Position numbers and translations under genes: made by a program
NCBI GenBank assembly: GCA_003551215.1
Contig: PUMD01000137.1
Coordinates: 1 to 62,104, forward strand
Source: Clostridia bacterium
GTDB lineage: Bacteria; Bacillota; Sulfobacillia; SLMV01
DNA length: 62,104 bases
Reading direction: 5' to 3'
Notes under the pieces: model-generated
The model's database searches: none
Told to the model about the DNA's origin: nothing
Seen by the model: only the letters and a program-made list of their open reading frames with translations
In this document: positions 8,080 to 16,649 of the stretch, piece by piece
How positions within the stretch are numbered: the stretch's first letter is position 1
Layout of the letters: each line of letters begins with the position of its first letter

Positions 8080-9975
8080 TCACTCCCCGCCGCCGTCATC
8101 CTCATGACTTTGCGTCCACTGCAGGCCCAGTTCGGCAATTTTTCCATCGGTGGGCAGCCCAGTCTCGCGGCACCATCCCACCATCTCGTAATACTCATCA
8201 GCTGCCTTTTCAAATTCATCTTCAGCAATCGCGAATCCGTCGGAGTCTCCACCGGTCAGCGGCTCAAACATGCGCGGAGGAAGAATGTCCTGCTCGCGGG
8301 TGAATCCTTCCCGGGCATTGAAGATCCGCATCATATTCCAGCGCCGCTCTCCTGCCTTCATAAGCTCCCAGGTGGTGGCATTCCAGCCGGTGACCGCCCC
8401 CACAATGTCGGGCAGCAGTCCAAACCCGAAAAGCCCGTAGGCGCGGGCGCATATCTCCAGGGTGTCGTAGATGCTGAACTGCATCTGCGTGTAGTAGAAA
8501 AAGCGCGCCTTATCCTGCATGCTCTCCACATCGCGCGGCTCGTGTATTCCCAGCGCGTACATGCTGTCCATCGACCCAGAGGGTGCCATGCTCGGGTCAT
8601 GCGAGGAAGATACGTGGTCCGCCCCGAAGGGGGTTATGGCGTAGGCCAGCGCCAGAGACCGCTTCACCCGCGGCATGTGGGCGGGGAAGGGGTTCCATTT
8701 GACGTGCAGTGCGAACGGTTCTGACTCATCACCTGTAACCTGCAGCGCCCGCTCGTAGCCGTCAGCCAGCACGTCGCCTATGCCCTCGCGGTGGGCGATC
8801 TTCTCTATCAGCTGCAGCGCACCCTCTCCGTCGCCGAAGCGCAGGTCAATTCCGCCGATATCCCCCGGGGAGATGATACCCTGCTCCATGCATTCCATGA
8901 CGAAGGCGATCATCGCTCCGGTGGATATGGTATCTATCGAATAGCGGTTGCAAAGCTCGTTGCCCCGTGCCACCACGGCAGGGTCGCCTATCTCCAGATT
9001 AGAACCCAGCATGGCCAGGGTCTCGTACTCCGGCGCCCCGTATTTCGGGTCCACTTTGACCGGCTCGTCGGCAGCCACTACCTGCTTGCAGTGAACCGCG
9101 CAGCCGTAGCAGGTGTCCCGCCTGCCGGTGTGGATAGTGGAGAGAATGTGCTCTCCTCCCAGGTACTCGGCATCGTCAAATACGCCCGATTGAAAGTTCC
9201 GGGTGGGCAGCATGCTGCCCGCCTGACAGCCGGTAACCCCCAGGGCGGAGCCCATCTCGGAAATCGCCGAAAGGGAGCTTTCCTCCAGGCGCGATGGAGT
9301 CTCCCGCACCAGCTTCATGATCGCATCCCGGTCGTGCATCTCAAACTGAGACCTATCCCCGCGCACCGCCACCGCCTTCAGCTTCTTCGAACCCATCACC
9401 GCACCCATACCGGTCCGGCCGGCGGCGAACTTGCCTTCGGTGAGGATGCAGGCGTACTTGACCAGGTTCTCTCCGCCTGGACCTATGGCCGCCACCCGCA
9501 CTCCGGAATCGTCCAGTTCTTCCCTGATGGCTTCTTCGGTCTCCAGGGTATCGGTGCCCCACAGGTGAGAGGCATCGCGTATCTGCACCTCACCGTCATG
9601 TATCCACAGGTACACCGGCCTGTCCGCCTGCCCCCGGATAACTACAGCATCAAATCCGGCAAACTTGAGCTCTGAGGGAAACCACCCTCCCGCCTGCGAA
9701 TCACCGATGGCACCGGTAAGGGGTGATTTGGAGGTTACGTTGAACCTCGACAGGCCGCTGAGGGGGGCTCCGGTGAGCACGCTGAGCGAAAAGACCAGCT
9801 GGTTTTCCGGCCCCAGCGGATCCACCCCCGGGTCCTGTTCTGACAGCAGGTAGTAGGTTCCCAGGGCACTGCCGCCCATGTATTTGCGGTAGAATTTGTC
9901 CTCCGGTTCATCTACTTCTATCTCGCCTCTGCTGAGATCAACTTTCAGTATCTTACCCGTGTATCCAAATGGCAT
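8080..9975 (-). CDS. aor: tungsten-type aldehyde:ferredoxin oxidoreductase (AOR family)
   Basis: N-terminus MPFGYTGKILKVDLSRGEI..., [4Fe-4S] ligand motif CYGCAVHC, about 631 aa. ATG 9975 lies 8 nt after GGGAGG and overlaps the upstream TGA. Confidence 0.9.
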   Translation of the reverse strand: MPFGYTGKILKVDLSRGEIEVDEPEDKFYRKYMGGSALGTYYLLSEQDPGVDPLGPENQLVFSLSVLTGAPLSGLSRFNVTSKSPLTGAIGDSQAGGWFPSELKFAGFDAVVIRGQADRPVYLWIHDGEVQIRDASHLWGTDTLETEEAIREELDDSGVRVAAIGPGGENLVKYACILTEGKFAAGRTGMGAVMGSKKLKAVAVRGDRSQFEMHDRDAIMKLVRETPSRLEESSLSAISEMGSALGVTGCQAGSMLPTRNFQSGVFDDAEYLGGEHILSTIHTGRRDTCYGCAVHCKQVVAADEPVKVDPKYGAPEYETLAMLGSNLEIGDPAVVARGNELCNRYSIDTISTGAMIAFVMECMEQGIISPGDIGGIDLRFGDGEGALQLIEKIAHREGIGDVLADGYERALQVTGDESEPFALHVKWNPFPAHMPRVKRSLALAYAITPFGADHVSSSHDPSMAPSGSMDSMYALGIHEPRDVESMQDKARFFYYTQMQFSIYDTLEICARAYGLFGFGLLPDIVGAVTGWNATTWELMKAGERRWNMMRIFNAREGFTREQDILPPRMFEPLTGGDSDGFAIAEDEFEKAADEYYEMVGWCRETGLPTDGKIAELGLQWTQSHEDDGGGE

Positions 9976-11045
9976 CAACTCGACCTCCCTTGCGCAGGCT
10001 GAGAATGTGCCGGACGGTTCAGTCCGCGCAGCACATCCAGCACGGCTGCGATGTCATCGGAATCTATGTGCCGGTGAGTGACTGCCCTGATCCGCTCTCC
10101 CAGCACCAGGGCGAGTATGTTTTCCTCCGCCAGCGCATCCACGATCTGCTGGTTGGTCCAGGGGGGACGGGCTCGGAAGAAAATTATGTTTGTATCAACT
10201 TCTTCTGCGGGAATCTCCAGCTCAACAGTCGGCAGCTCAGCCAGCCCTCTGGCCAGCTTCTTTGCGTTGGCGTGGTCCCGCTGCAGCTGGTCGATCTGCT
10301 CATTGAGCGCCACTATTCCCGCCGCGGCTATGATCCCCGCCTGCCTCATTGAGCCACCCAGCATATGACGCATGCTGCGGGCCTCATCAATCAGATCCTC
10401 GGGCCCCAGCAGCAACGAACCGATGGGGGCGGAAAGGCCCTTGGACAGACAGAACATGGCCATGGTCGCAGGTGAGACCAGCTGGTCTGCCGGGCAGTCC
10501 AGCGCCACGGCAGCGTTGAAGATTCTCGCTCCATCGAGATACAGGCCAATGCCCGCATCATCGGCCAGCTGCCTCAGCCGTCTGGTCTCCTCTGGGGTTA
10601 CGGCCACGCCTCCGCCTCCGTTGTAGGTGTTTTCGTAGCACAAAAGCGACGCAGAGCTGTCAACAGTCTGCTCCACTTCATCCCAGACCAGATGTCCTTT
10701 GCTTACGGGAAGAAACACCGGAGTCAGCGATGTGGCGGCAAACACTCCCGAACCGTACATGTGCTGGCGTATGCAAAAGACCTTGTCTCCGAACCCGGTC
10801 AGCATCCGCATTGCCAGGGTGTTGGCCATCATTCCGCTGGGACACAGAAGAGCTGCCTCCATACCGCACATGTCAGCCGCCAGTGCCTCCAGTTCCTTCA
10901 CCGTGGGGTCATCACCCAGCGTGTCATCCCCCACGGTGGCGCTGTACATGGCTTCCCGCATGCTGTCGGTGGGCTGGGTGGTGGTATCGCTGCGCAGGTC
11001 TATGTATTCTTGCTGAGACCAGGTGTTTTTTGTCAACTGTATCAC
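9975..11045 (-). CDS. ltaE: low-specificity threonine aldolase (PLP-dependent)
   Basis: DLRSDTTTQPT...VGDDTLGDDPTVKELE N-terminal block and PLP-lysine motif CLSKGLSAPIGS. The GTG start overlaps the alr stop (GTGA). Confidence 0.8.
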   Translation of the reverse strand: MIQLTKNTWSQQEYIDLRSDTTTQPTDSMREAMYSATVGDDTLGDDPTVKELEALAADMCGMEAALLCPSGMMANTLAMRMLTGFGDKVFCIRQHMYGSGVFAATSLTPVFLPVSKGHLVWDEVEQTVDSSASLLCYENTYNGGGGVAVTPEETRRLRQLADDAGIGLYLDGARIFNAAVALDCPADQLVSPATMAMFCLSKGLSAPIGSLLLGPEDLIDEARSMRHMLGGSMRQAGIIAAAGIVALNEQIDQLQRDHANAKKLARGLAELPTVELEIPAEEVDTNIIFFRARPPWTNQQIVDALAEENILALVLGERIRAVTHRHIDSDDIAAVLDVLRGLNRPAHSQPAQGRSS

Positions 11046-12214
11046 TCTCTCCCGGTGCAGGTGCGTCCCAGTAATGATTCCGTCCCAACCAGTTTACCGT
11101 CTGAGTAGTAAAGGCGGGGCACTCTATGCGACATCTTCATGAGGATCTCACCGTAGCTCGAACCCGCCTGCAGCCCCAGCTGCCGGGCGGTGATCTCCTC
11201 TGTCTTCTGCCTGCCTATCACTACCGCCTCATCTCCCACTTCAACTCCCTGCAGGCCCGTCACGTCGGCTATCATCTGATCGGCCGCGATAGACACCACC
11301 GGGCACCTCCGGCCGCCTATCAGGACTTCGGCGTTTTTCTTTCTGCCGTGCGTGGGAGTCATTCCGTCGACCTGACCCATGGGCAAAAGGGCCAGCGTGC
11401 GGGGAGTGGGGGCAGTGTTATCCCCGTAGCCGACGTTCCAGCCGGCAGGCACCTGCTTTACCTGAACGACAGAAGTCTTCAGGCTCAGCGCCGGTTTTAA
11501 ATCAAGCGGGTGTTCGGCCAGGTGGCAAAGCCCGTATATGAGGCTGCCGGGACGGACCATGTCCAGGTGCATCTGACGAAACCGCACCAGGGGGACGCTC
11601 GCCGCCATGTGCGCCGTGATGTCCTCCTCCGGCAGGCGCCTCCGCAGTTTTGTGACTGCTTCTGTGAACCGACGTATCTGCAGCTCGTTGAGCGGGTTCG
11701 GGTTCTTCGGTGCGGCCACATGGGTTCCTGCTCCTTCAAGCCGGATATTATCGCAGCGCTCATACTCGTCGCAGAAGCGCTGTATATCATCCGAAAACAG
11801 ACCCAGCCTGCCCATGCCGCTGTCTACTTTGAGGTGAAAGCGTCCCACCTTCCCCGCGGCCGCGGCCAGCCCGTCGTAGGCTGACACCCGGTCGACATCG
11901 GGTATAAAGGGTATGAGGTCGTACTCAAGCGCCACCTTAAGCTGGCCTGGGGTGAGTCCACCGAGCACGTGGATGTCGCAGTCATCAATACCCGCCTGGC
12001 GCAGCTGAATTCCTTCGTCCAGATGAGCCACCCAGAAACGCCGGCAGCCCACCTCTCTGACCGCCCTGACCGTCATGACAGCTCCGTGTCCATAGGCATT
12101 GCCCTTGACCACAAATGATACCTCGGCCGGATGAACGTAATCGCAGACCGTACGGTAGTTGTGGTGCAGCGCATCTATGTTTATTTCAGCTCGAGTGGTG
12201 ATTCGACCCTGCAC
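11042..12214 (-). CDS. alr: alanine racemase
   Basis: PLP-lysine motif VVKGNAYGHGA. The best start is GTG 12214, with GAGGGAGGA 6 nt upstream. The ORF track opens at ATG 12286, which has a poor SD. Confidence 0.85.
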   Translation of the reverse strand: MQGRITTRAEINIDALHHNYRTVCDYVHPAEVSFVVKGNAYGHGAVMTVRAVREVGCRRFWVAHLDEGIQLRQAGIDDCDIHVLGGLTPGQLKVALEYDLIPFIPDVDRVSAYDGLAAAAGKVGRFHLKVDSGMGRLGLFSDDIQRFCDEYERCDNIRLEGAGTHVAAPKNPNPLNELQIRRFTEAVTKLRRRLPEEDITAHMAASVPLVRFRQMHLDMVRPGSLIYGLCHLAEHPLDLKPALSLKTSVVQVKQVPAGWNVGYGDNTAPTPRTLALLPMGQVDGMTPTHGRKKNAEVLIGGRRCPVVSIAADQMIADVTGLQGVEVGDEAVVIGRQKTEEITARQLGLQAGSSYGEILMKMSHRVPRLYYSDGKLVGTESLLGRTCTGRE

Positions 12215-12503
12215 TGTAGTTCCTCCCTCTGCATCCCGTTGCTGTATGTCAGGATTGCTGGTCGTATGGTCAAGTGGTTGAACCATTCTATCACTCTACC
12301 TATTCTCACCTGAGATGCCGGATTCCTGCCTGAATCCGAAATTCGTTTCGCCTGAAAGTAAATTGGAGTGAAAAATCACCGGAAGCAGTTCTCACCAGGC
12401 TGAGATGAATAACCCCAACTTATCCAGTGCAGGGCCCCAGGATAGATGGCTCCCCTGCAAATTGGGGACAGCAGGGGCCGGATGTCCCCCGCTGTCTGAC
12501 ACA

Positions 12504-13124
12504 TCATACATCCCAGCTCTTCAGCTCCTCTATCACCGACTCGACGTAGGTCATGACCTTCGGAATTTTCTCGGCTTTTTTCAGCGCACCCTGCTTGTTC
12601 AGCCAGCCTCTGACCACCGCGTAGCACAGGTCCTCCCACGGCAGCTGCCGCTGCCAGCCAGCGCGAGCCAGCCGCAGGCGGAAATCAAAGGACACCGGCA
12701 GCACCAGCGGCTGCGTGGCATCGAAGGTCTCGCCGGTCAGCTCTGCCAACACCTGCCTGACGGCAAGCTGCGAATCCTTCACCCTGTTTACCACGTCGCG
12801 GCAGTCCGCGACGGTAAACGATTCGTCCCGCAGGTCCACCACATAAAAGGCCAAAAACCACTGGTCATCGATTGAGTCCAGCCGGGAGATCTGATGAGCC
12901 ATGCCCAGAGGAAGGTTGCCCTTCTGCAGCTGCCAAAGGACCCCTTTTGGCAGTTGACCGATTCTGTGGTACTTCCTTATGGTGGAGGCGGAGGGCTCCA
13001 CCTGCCGCGCTATCGCCCGGTAGTTGTCACAGCATCCCAGCAGACAGTCGATGGCCCTCCGCAATTTAGGGATATTATGGTTGGAGTAATCGTCCACGAT
13101 CTGTCTGGCCTGCTCGATATCCAT
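12504..13124 (-). CDS. ParB-type HTH domain protein lacking the N-terminal ParB/Srx domain
   Basis: Segment STIRKYHRIGQLPKGVLWQLQKGNLPLGMAHQISRL resembles the ParB HTH plus LPxxVxxxLxxGxLxxGHA block. The ATG lies 5 nt after the upstream stop, with GGGGGA upstream. Confidence 0.5.
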   Translation of the reverse strand: MDIEQARQIVDDYSNHNIPKLRRAIDCLLGCCDNYRAIARQVEPSASTIRKYHRIGQLPKGVLWQLQKGNLPLGMAHQISRLDSIDDQWFLAFYVVDLRDESFTVADCRDVVNRVKDSQLAVRQVLAELTGETFDATQPLVLPVSFDFRLRLARAGWQRQLPWEDLCYAVVRGWLNKQGALKKAEKIPKVMTYVESVIEELKSWDV

Positions 13125-13129
13125 TCAGC

Positions 13130-13990
13130 TCAGTCCCCCTGCACTGCGTCGGCGATTATGTGACTCACTATAGTTTCGGGCTCCTGCAGTCCCCTCTGTC
13201 GGCCGTACTGCAGCAGGTTTTCGTAAAGCTCCTGCGGTATCCGGTACTGCAGCGTGCGCTGCTTTTCCGATCTCCTCTCCCTCACGTACTGCGCCAGCTC
13301 TGCGATGGACGCGGTGGCGGATAGCCTCTCCATCGCCTCGGCGGCCAGATCCCTGCTTTTTCGGTCCAGCTCGACTATCCATTCGGCCCGGTCGATCATG
13401 CGCTTTGTGCTGTCGTCTGCGCCCGACGACGACTGCCTCACGTAGGTGTTTTGCACTATGGCGGAGGCATGCTTTTTCAAAAGGACTCCCTGGTCCATCA
13501 TTTCCTGAACTTCCGCGGGCAGAAATGCCCACCGGTAATACCGCTGCAGCGTCTGCAGAGAAACCCCCAGCCACTTTGCCGCCTTCTGCAGCGCCTCGGA
13601 CATGGTGTAGCCTTCACCGTCGTATTTTCGGAATATTTTCTCCGCCCAGTAGGCCTGATCCGACGGGCTCAGGTCACCGCGGGCCTCGTTCTCACCCCAC
13701 GAGCGGCGCAGCGCCTCATCATCATCCAGCCGGACCACCAGGGCAAAAATGCTGTCAAGGCCCAGCTGTGCGGATGCCTTGAATCGGCACTGGCCGGTCA
13801 CGTACTCGTAGTTGTACTGGGAGTCTTCATCGGGATGGGGGCGCAGAGTTACGGGCTGATCCTGCCAGTAGCCGTGCGTCTTAATGGATCTTTTGACCCG
13901 ATCTACATTCTCCTGCACGGCCGCCCGTCTGACGTTGACTGTGCTTTCAGGATCGATTTCTGTCAGCGGTACCTCTCTGATTTTGGCCAT
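13130..13990 (-). CDS. ParB/Srx N-terminal domain protein with ParB-like HTH
   Basis: MAKIREVPLTEIDPES..., YVTGQCRFKASAQLGLDSIFALVV (the GxxRxxA box region), ENEARGDLSP, then LGVSLQTLQRYYRWAFLPAEVQEMMDQG. ATG 13990 lies 8 nt after GGGAGG, so the 382-aa ORF-track start is unlikely. Confidence 0.65.
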   Translation of the reverse strand: MAKIREVPLTEIDPESTVNVRRAAVQENVDRVKRSIKTHGYWQDQPVTLRPHPDEDSQYNYEYVTGQCRFKASAQLGLDSIFALVVRLDDDEALRRSWGENEARGDLSPSDQAYWAEKIFRKYDGEGYTMSEALQKAAKWLGVSLQTLQRYYRWAFLPAEVQEMMDQGVLLKKHASAIVQNTYVRQSSSGADDSTKRMIDRAEWIVELDRKSRDLAAEAMERLSATASIAELAQYVRERRSEKQRTLQYRIPQELYENLLQYGRQRGLQEPETIVSHIIADAVQGD

Positions 13991-14253
13991 TTTACTCAAC
14001 CTCCCTTTCTCACCATCTTTATTCGCCGACAGGTCGATATTTTCGCATGACACAACCTGCGCGGCGACATCCCCACGGCTCAACCCACCACTGCACTCTC
14101 GCCGCCGACCAACCATAATCCGGCGACTGCTGTACCTCCTGGGGGGAATTGACGGGTCCCTCCTGGCCCGGGAATCCCAACCAGAGGATAAACTTGCTGG
14201 TAAACCTCGACGCACCGCCTTCAGGTTGTTATAGTCAAGTGCAAAGGACAAAG

Positions 14254-15564
14254 ATGTGCAGGTCGCTGCCTTCGTCACAGCAGCATCGGGAGGATCTTCA
14301 TCAGGTGCTCAAGGGCCTGATCTCGAGCAAAAAGCGCATAAGCCACCTGATCATGATAACCACCGTCACACTGAGCGCCGGCCTCTATCGCACCGGCTTT
14401 GCTTCCCTTTTTCCCTTTTTGCAGGCGGAATTCGAGGTAAGTCGGGCGGTAATCGGCATGTACACATCTCTTTTGTACCTGGTCTCTGCCTGTCTGTCCG
14501 TCTTCACCGGCTGGATTGCCGACCGCATAGGTGCCAAAAAGGGGATGCTCATAGGAATAGGCAGCATTGGAGTCCTGCTGGCTGTGCACGCCCTCGCCCC
14601 GTCCTTTGCCCTGGTACTCGCTTTGGCTGCCGTCTGCGGCGTGGGTTTCAGCATTGTCTCGCCGGCGGCTGCCAAGGGCGTGGCCCGCTGGTTCTCCCCA
14701 TCGGAGAGGGGCACCCCCATGGGCATCATGTCCACCGGCTGGGCTCTGGGCGGAGTCATCGGTGCCGGCTCGCTTCCTGTTTTGGCCGGCCTGTTCGGCT
14801 GGCGCACGGCTGCGGTAGCCGCCGGCGCCCTGATTCTCACTGCAGCCGGCATCATTCATCATTTTTATCACCGCCCATCAGATTCCGATGAGGAATCCGC
14901 ACCGGCTGACGGACAACACAGCAGCCTCCCCGCCCTGGATTCGCTGCGGGAGGATTTTCTGCGCCTGGTAGCCGACCGCAGAATGCTTCTTCTTTGCTTT
15001 TTGGGCCTGATATTCGGCGGGATAGGTGGGTCGGTAGCCAGCCACTTCACGTTGTTTCTTCACCTCGACCACGGTTTCACCGAGGAATTCGCCGGACTCA
15101 GCTTTGCCCTGCTGCAGGTGGGAAGCGTTTTGGGAAGACCTGGCTGGGGCCTGGTAAGCGAAAAGCTGCTCGCAGGCAGCAGGCGGAAGGGATTTTTGCT
15201 TCTGAGCACAGGCATAGCCCTGGTAGCTATGAGTTTCGGTCTGTCTTTTCGGCTTTTTCCGCAGGCCTCAACGCTGCTTTTGGTGATGATGGGATTTCTG
15301 GCCGGTGCCACAGCCCGCGGTTACCCCGGCATCCTCTACGCCGCTGTATCCGAGCAGGCCGGAAAAGAGAGGTCGGGTATCTCCATGGGCTTTTGCCTGA
15401 TCTTCGTCAGGCTGGGCATCACCCTGGCTCCTCCTGCCTTCGGTTACCTGGCAGATGTAACCGGCACCTACGAGCTCAGCTGGCTGGTGGCCGGTCTCTT
15501 GGTCCTGGCCGGCGGCTTCATCGCCTACAGAAATGGACGCCCCGAGCCCCCGGCAAAGGCGTAG
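14254..15564 (+). CDS. MFS transporter
   Basis: About 12 predicted TM segments and the loop GWIADRIGAKKGM (MFS motif-A-like). Start taken at ATG 14254 (AAGGA upstream); ATG 14353 is also possible. Confidence 0.8.
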   Translation: MCRSLPSSQQHREDLHQVLKGLISSKKRISHLIMITTVTLSAGLYRTGFASLFPFLQAEFEVSRAVIGMYTSLLYLVSACLSVFTGWIADRIGAKKGMLIGIGSIGVLLAVHALAPSFALVLALAAVCGVGFSIVSPAAAKGVARWFSPSERGTPMGIMSTGWALGGVIGAGSLPVLAGLFGWRTAAVAAGALILTAAGIIHHFYHRPSDSDEESAPADGQHSSLPALDSLREDFLRLVADRRMLLLCFLGLIFGGIGGSVASHFTLFLHLDHGFTEEFAGLSFALLQVGSVLGRPGWGLVSEKLLAGSRRKGFLLLSTGIALVAMSFGLSFRLFPQASTLLLVMMGFLAGATARGYPGILYAAVSEQAGKERSGISMGFCLIFVRLGITLAPPAFGYLADVTGTYELSWLVAGLLVLAGGFIAYRNGRPEPPAKA

Positions 15565-15788
15565 GAAGCCACCGGGCGGCGCGGGTGACCCGCAAGGCGA
15601 AATGTGGCATCCTGGGGGCAATTGAGAACATGGCTTCATTACCTGACCTGCCCCGGCTGCTGAAAATTCATGCCACCCTTGAACCTGCAGCGGTAACCTA
15701 CTGGCCGAACTGACGCGGATGCCTCTGCTGGCCCGGCCCCCTGGACAGAAGCCGGGTCGGCCCGTGACAATGCACAGGCGCCAACCCG

Positions 15789-16421
15789 TTAATCGGTCGG
15801 ACAGGTGTAGCGGTACCTGCCCAGCTGGTTGAAAAACAGCTGGTATACCTTCCTGGTTGCTTCCAGATGGCGGTAGTTTCTGATATTGAGCACGTTCAGA
15901 AAAACCGTACCGGCAAAGGTCAGGACGCCCCCTGCTGATGATTTGCTCATGGCCCCGCAGTACTCGGCCTGCGGTTCTTCTTCATTTACCCGGTGCAGGG
16001 TGAGGGTGTTGCCGTAGCTGACCCGCTCCCCCGTCCGTCGGTAAAGCCTCTGCAGCGCATCGCGCCTGCTTTTCTTAAGAACCCTTCGGTCTATCCAGTA
16101 GGGAAAAAGCAGGGGCACGAAATGCAGAGTTGGTGGCTGCCATGCATTGTGCTGCTGCTTCCGGGTAAATACGTAGTAGCGGTTGAGTCTGCCAAAGAAT
16201 GGTTCGTCAAAAAGGCGGGGTATCAGGTAGCTTGCAGTCAGGTTGAGGCCAAGGACGATAACGTACAGATAACCTGCGACAATGTGATGATTCGCCAGGA
16301 ACCATACCACAGAGGCGACCCACAGCAGATCCGCAGCAGCAAACAGGGGTTTGAACCTGCTGTCGCACAGTTTCTTCAGATGCTCGGCTAAAGCCGAGCC
16401 TGTACGCTGCTCGCCATTCAC
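15789..16421 (-). CDS. hypothetical membrane protein (2 N-terminal TM helices, basic C-terminal domain)
   Basis: GTG start 5 nt after AAAGGGG. TM stretch LLWVASVVWFLANHHIVAGYLYVIVLGLNL. No family recognised. Confidence 0.5.
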   Translation of the reverse strand: MNGEQRTGSALAEHLKKLCDSRFKPLFAAADLLWVASVVWFLANHHIVAGYLYVIVLGLNLTASYLIPRLFDEPFFGRLNRYYVFTRKQQHNAWQPPTLHFVPLLFPYWIDRRVLKKSRRDALQRLYRRTGERVSYGNTLTLHRVNEEEPQAEYCGAMSKSSAGGVLTFAGTVFLNVLNIRNYRHLEATRKVYQLFFNQLGRYRYTCPTD

Positions 16422-16649
16422 AGTGGCCCCTTTCGGCGTCCAATGTAGGTCTGCACAGTATGCCCTGCTGCATCAGCGGGATTCTCTGACCATCTGCTTT
16501 GACCGTATCACACGCCCTGCCGCTTCTCAATTGTGGCTCTACCACCTCCGGCGTGTGGTATAATATTGAAGCTGCACCAGCGTGTTTCAGCCGGGCGGGC
16601 CCGGGCCCGCAAATCGCACGTTCAGCATCGCCCGAGGGGAGCGCAACCG

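Noticed and set aside
8080-8082. AOR UGA as a selenocysteine codon, with the 8053-8032 hairpin as SECIS
   Set aside because: The hairpin (GUU loop, bulged U, about 36 nt after UGA) superficially fits. However, a Sec in an acidic/Gly linker between two domains has no obvious function, the apical loop is only 3 nt, and UGA is used as an ordinary stop elsewhere in the window. It is kept only as the least likely option in the MoaD finding.
8791-9675. 294-aa plus-strand ORF inside the AOR gene (and similar ones at 55654-56583 and 53003-53608)
   Set aside because: These are shadow ORFs antisense to strongly supported genes (AOR, M20 amidohydrolase, CocE/NonD), and I recognised no family features.
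14256-15713. Alternative-frame ORFs inside the MFS gene (14256-14891, 14994-15713 and antisense ones)
   Set aside because: Only the 14254-15564 frame gives a 12-TM transporter-like protein. The others are Arg/Pro/Gly-rich frame artefacts.
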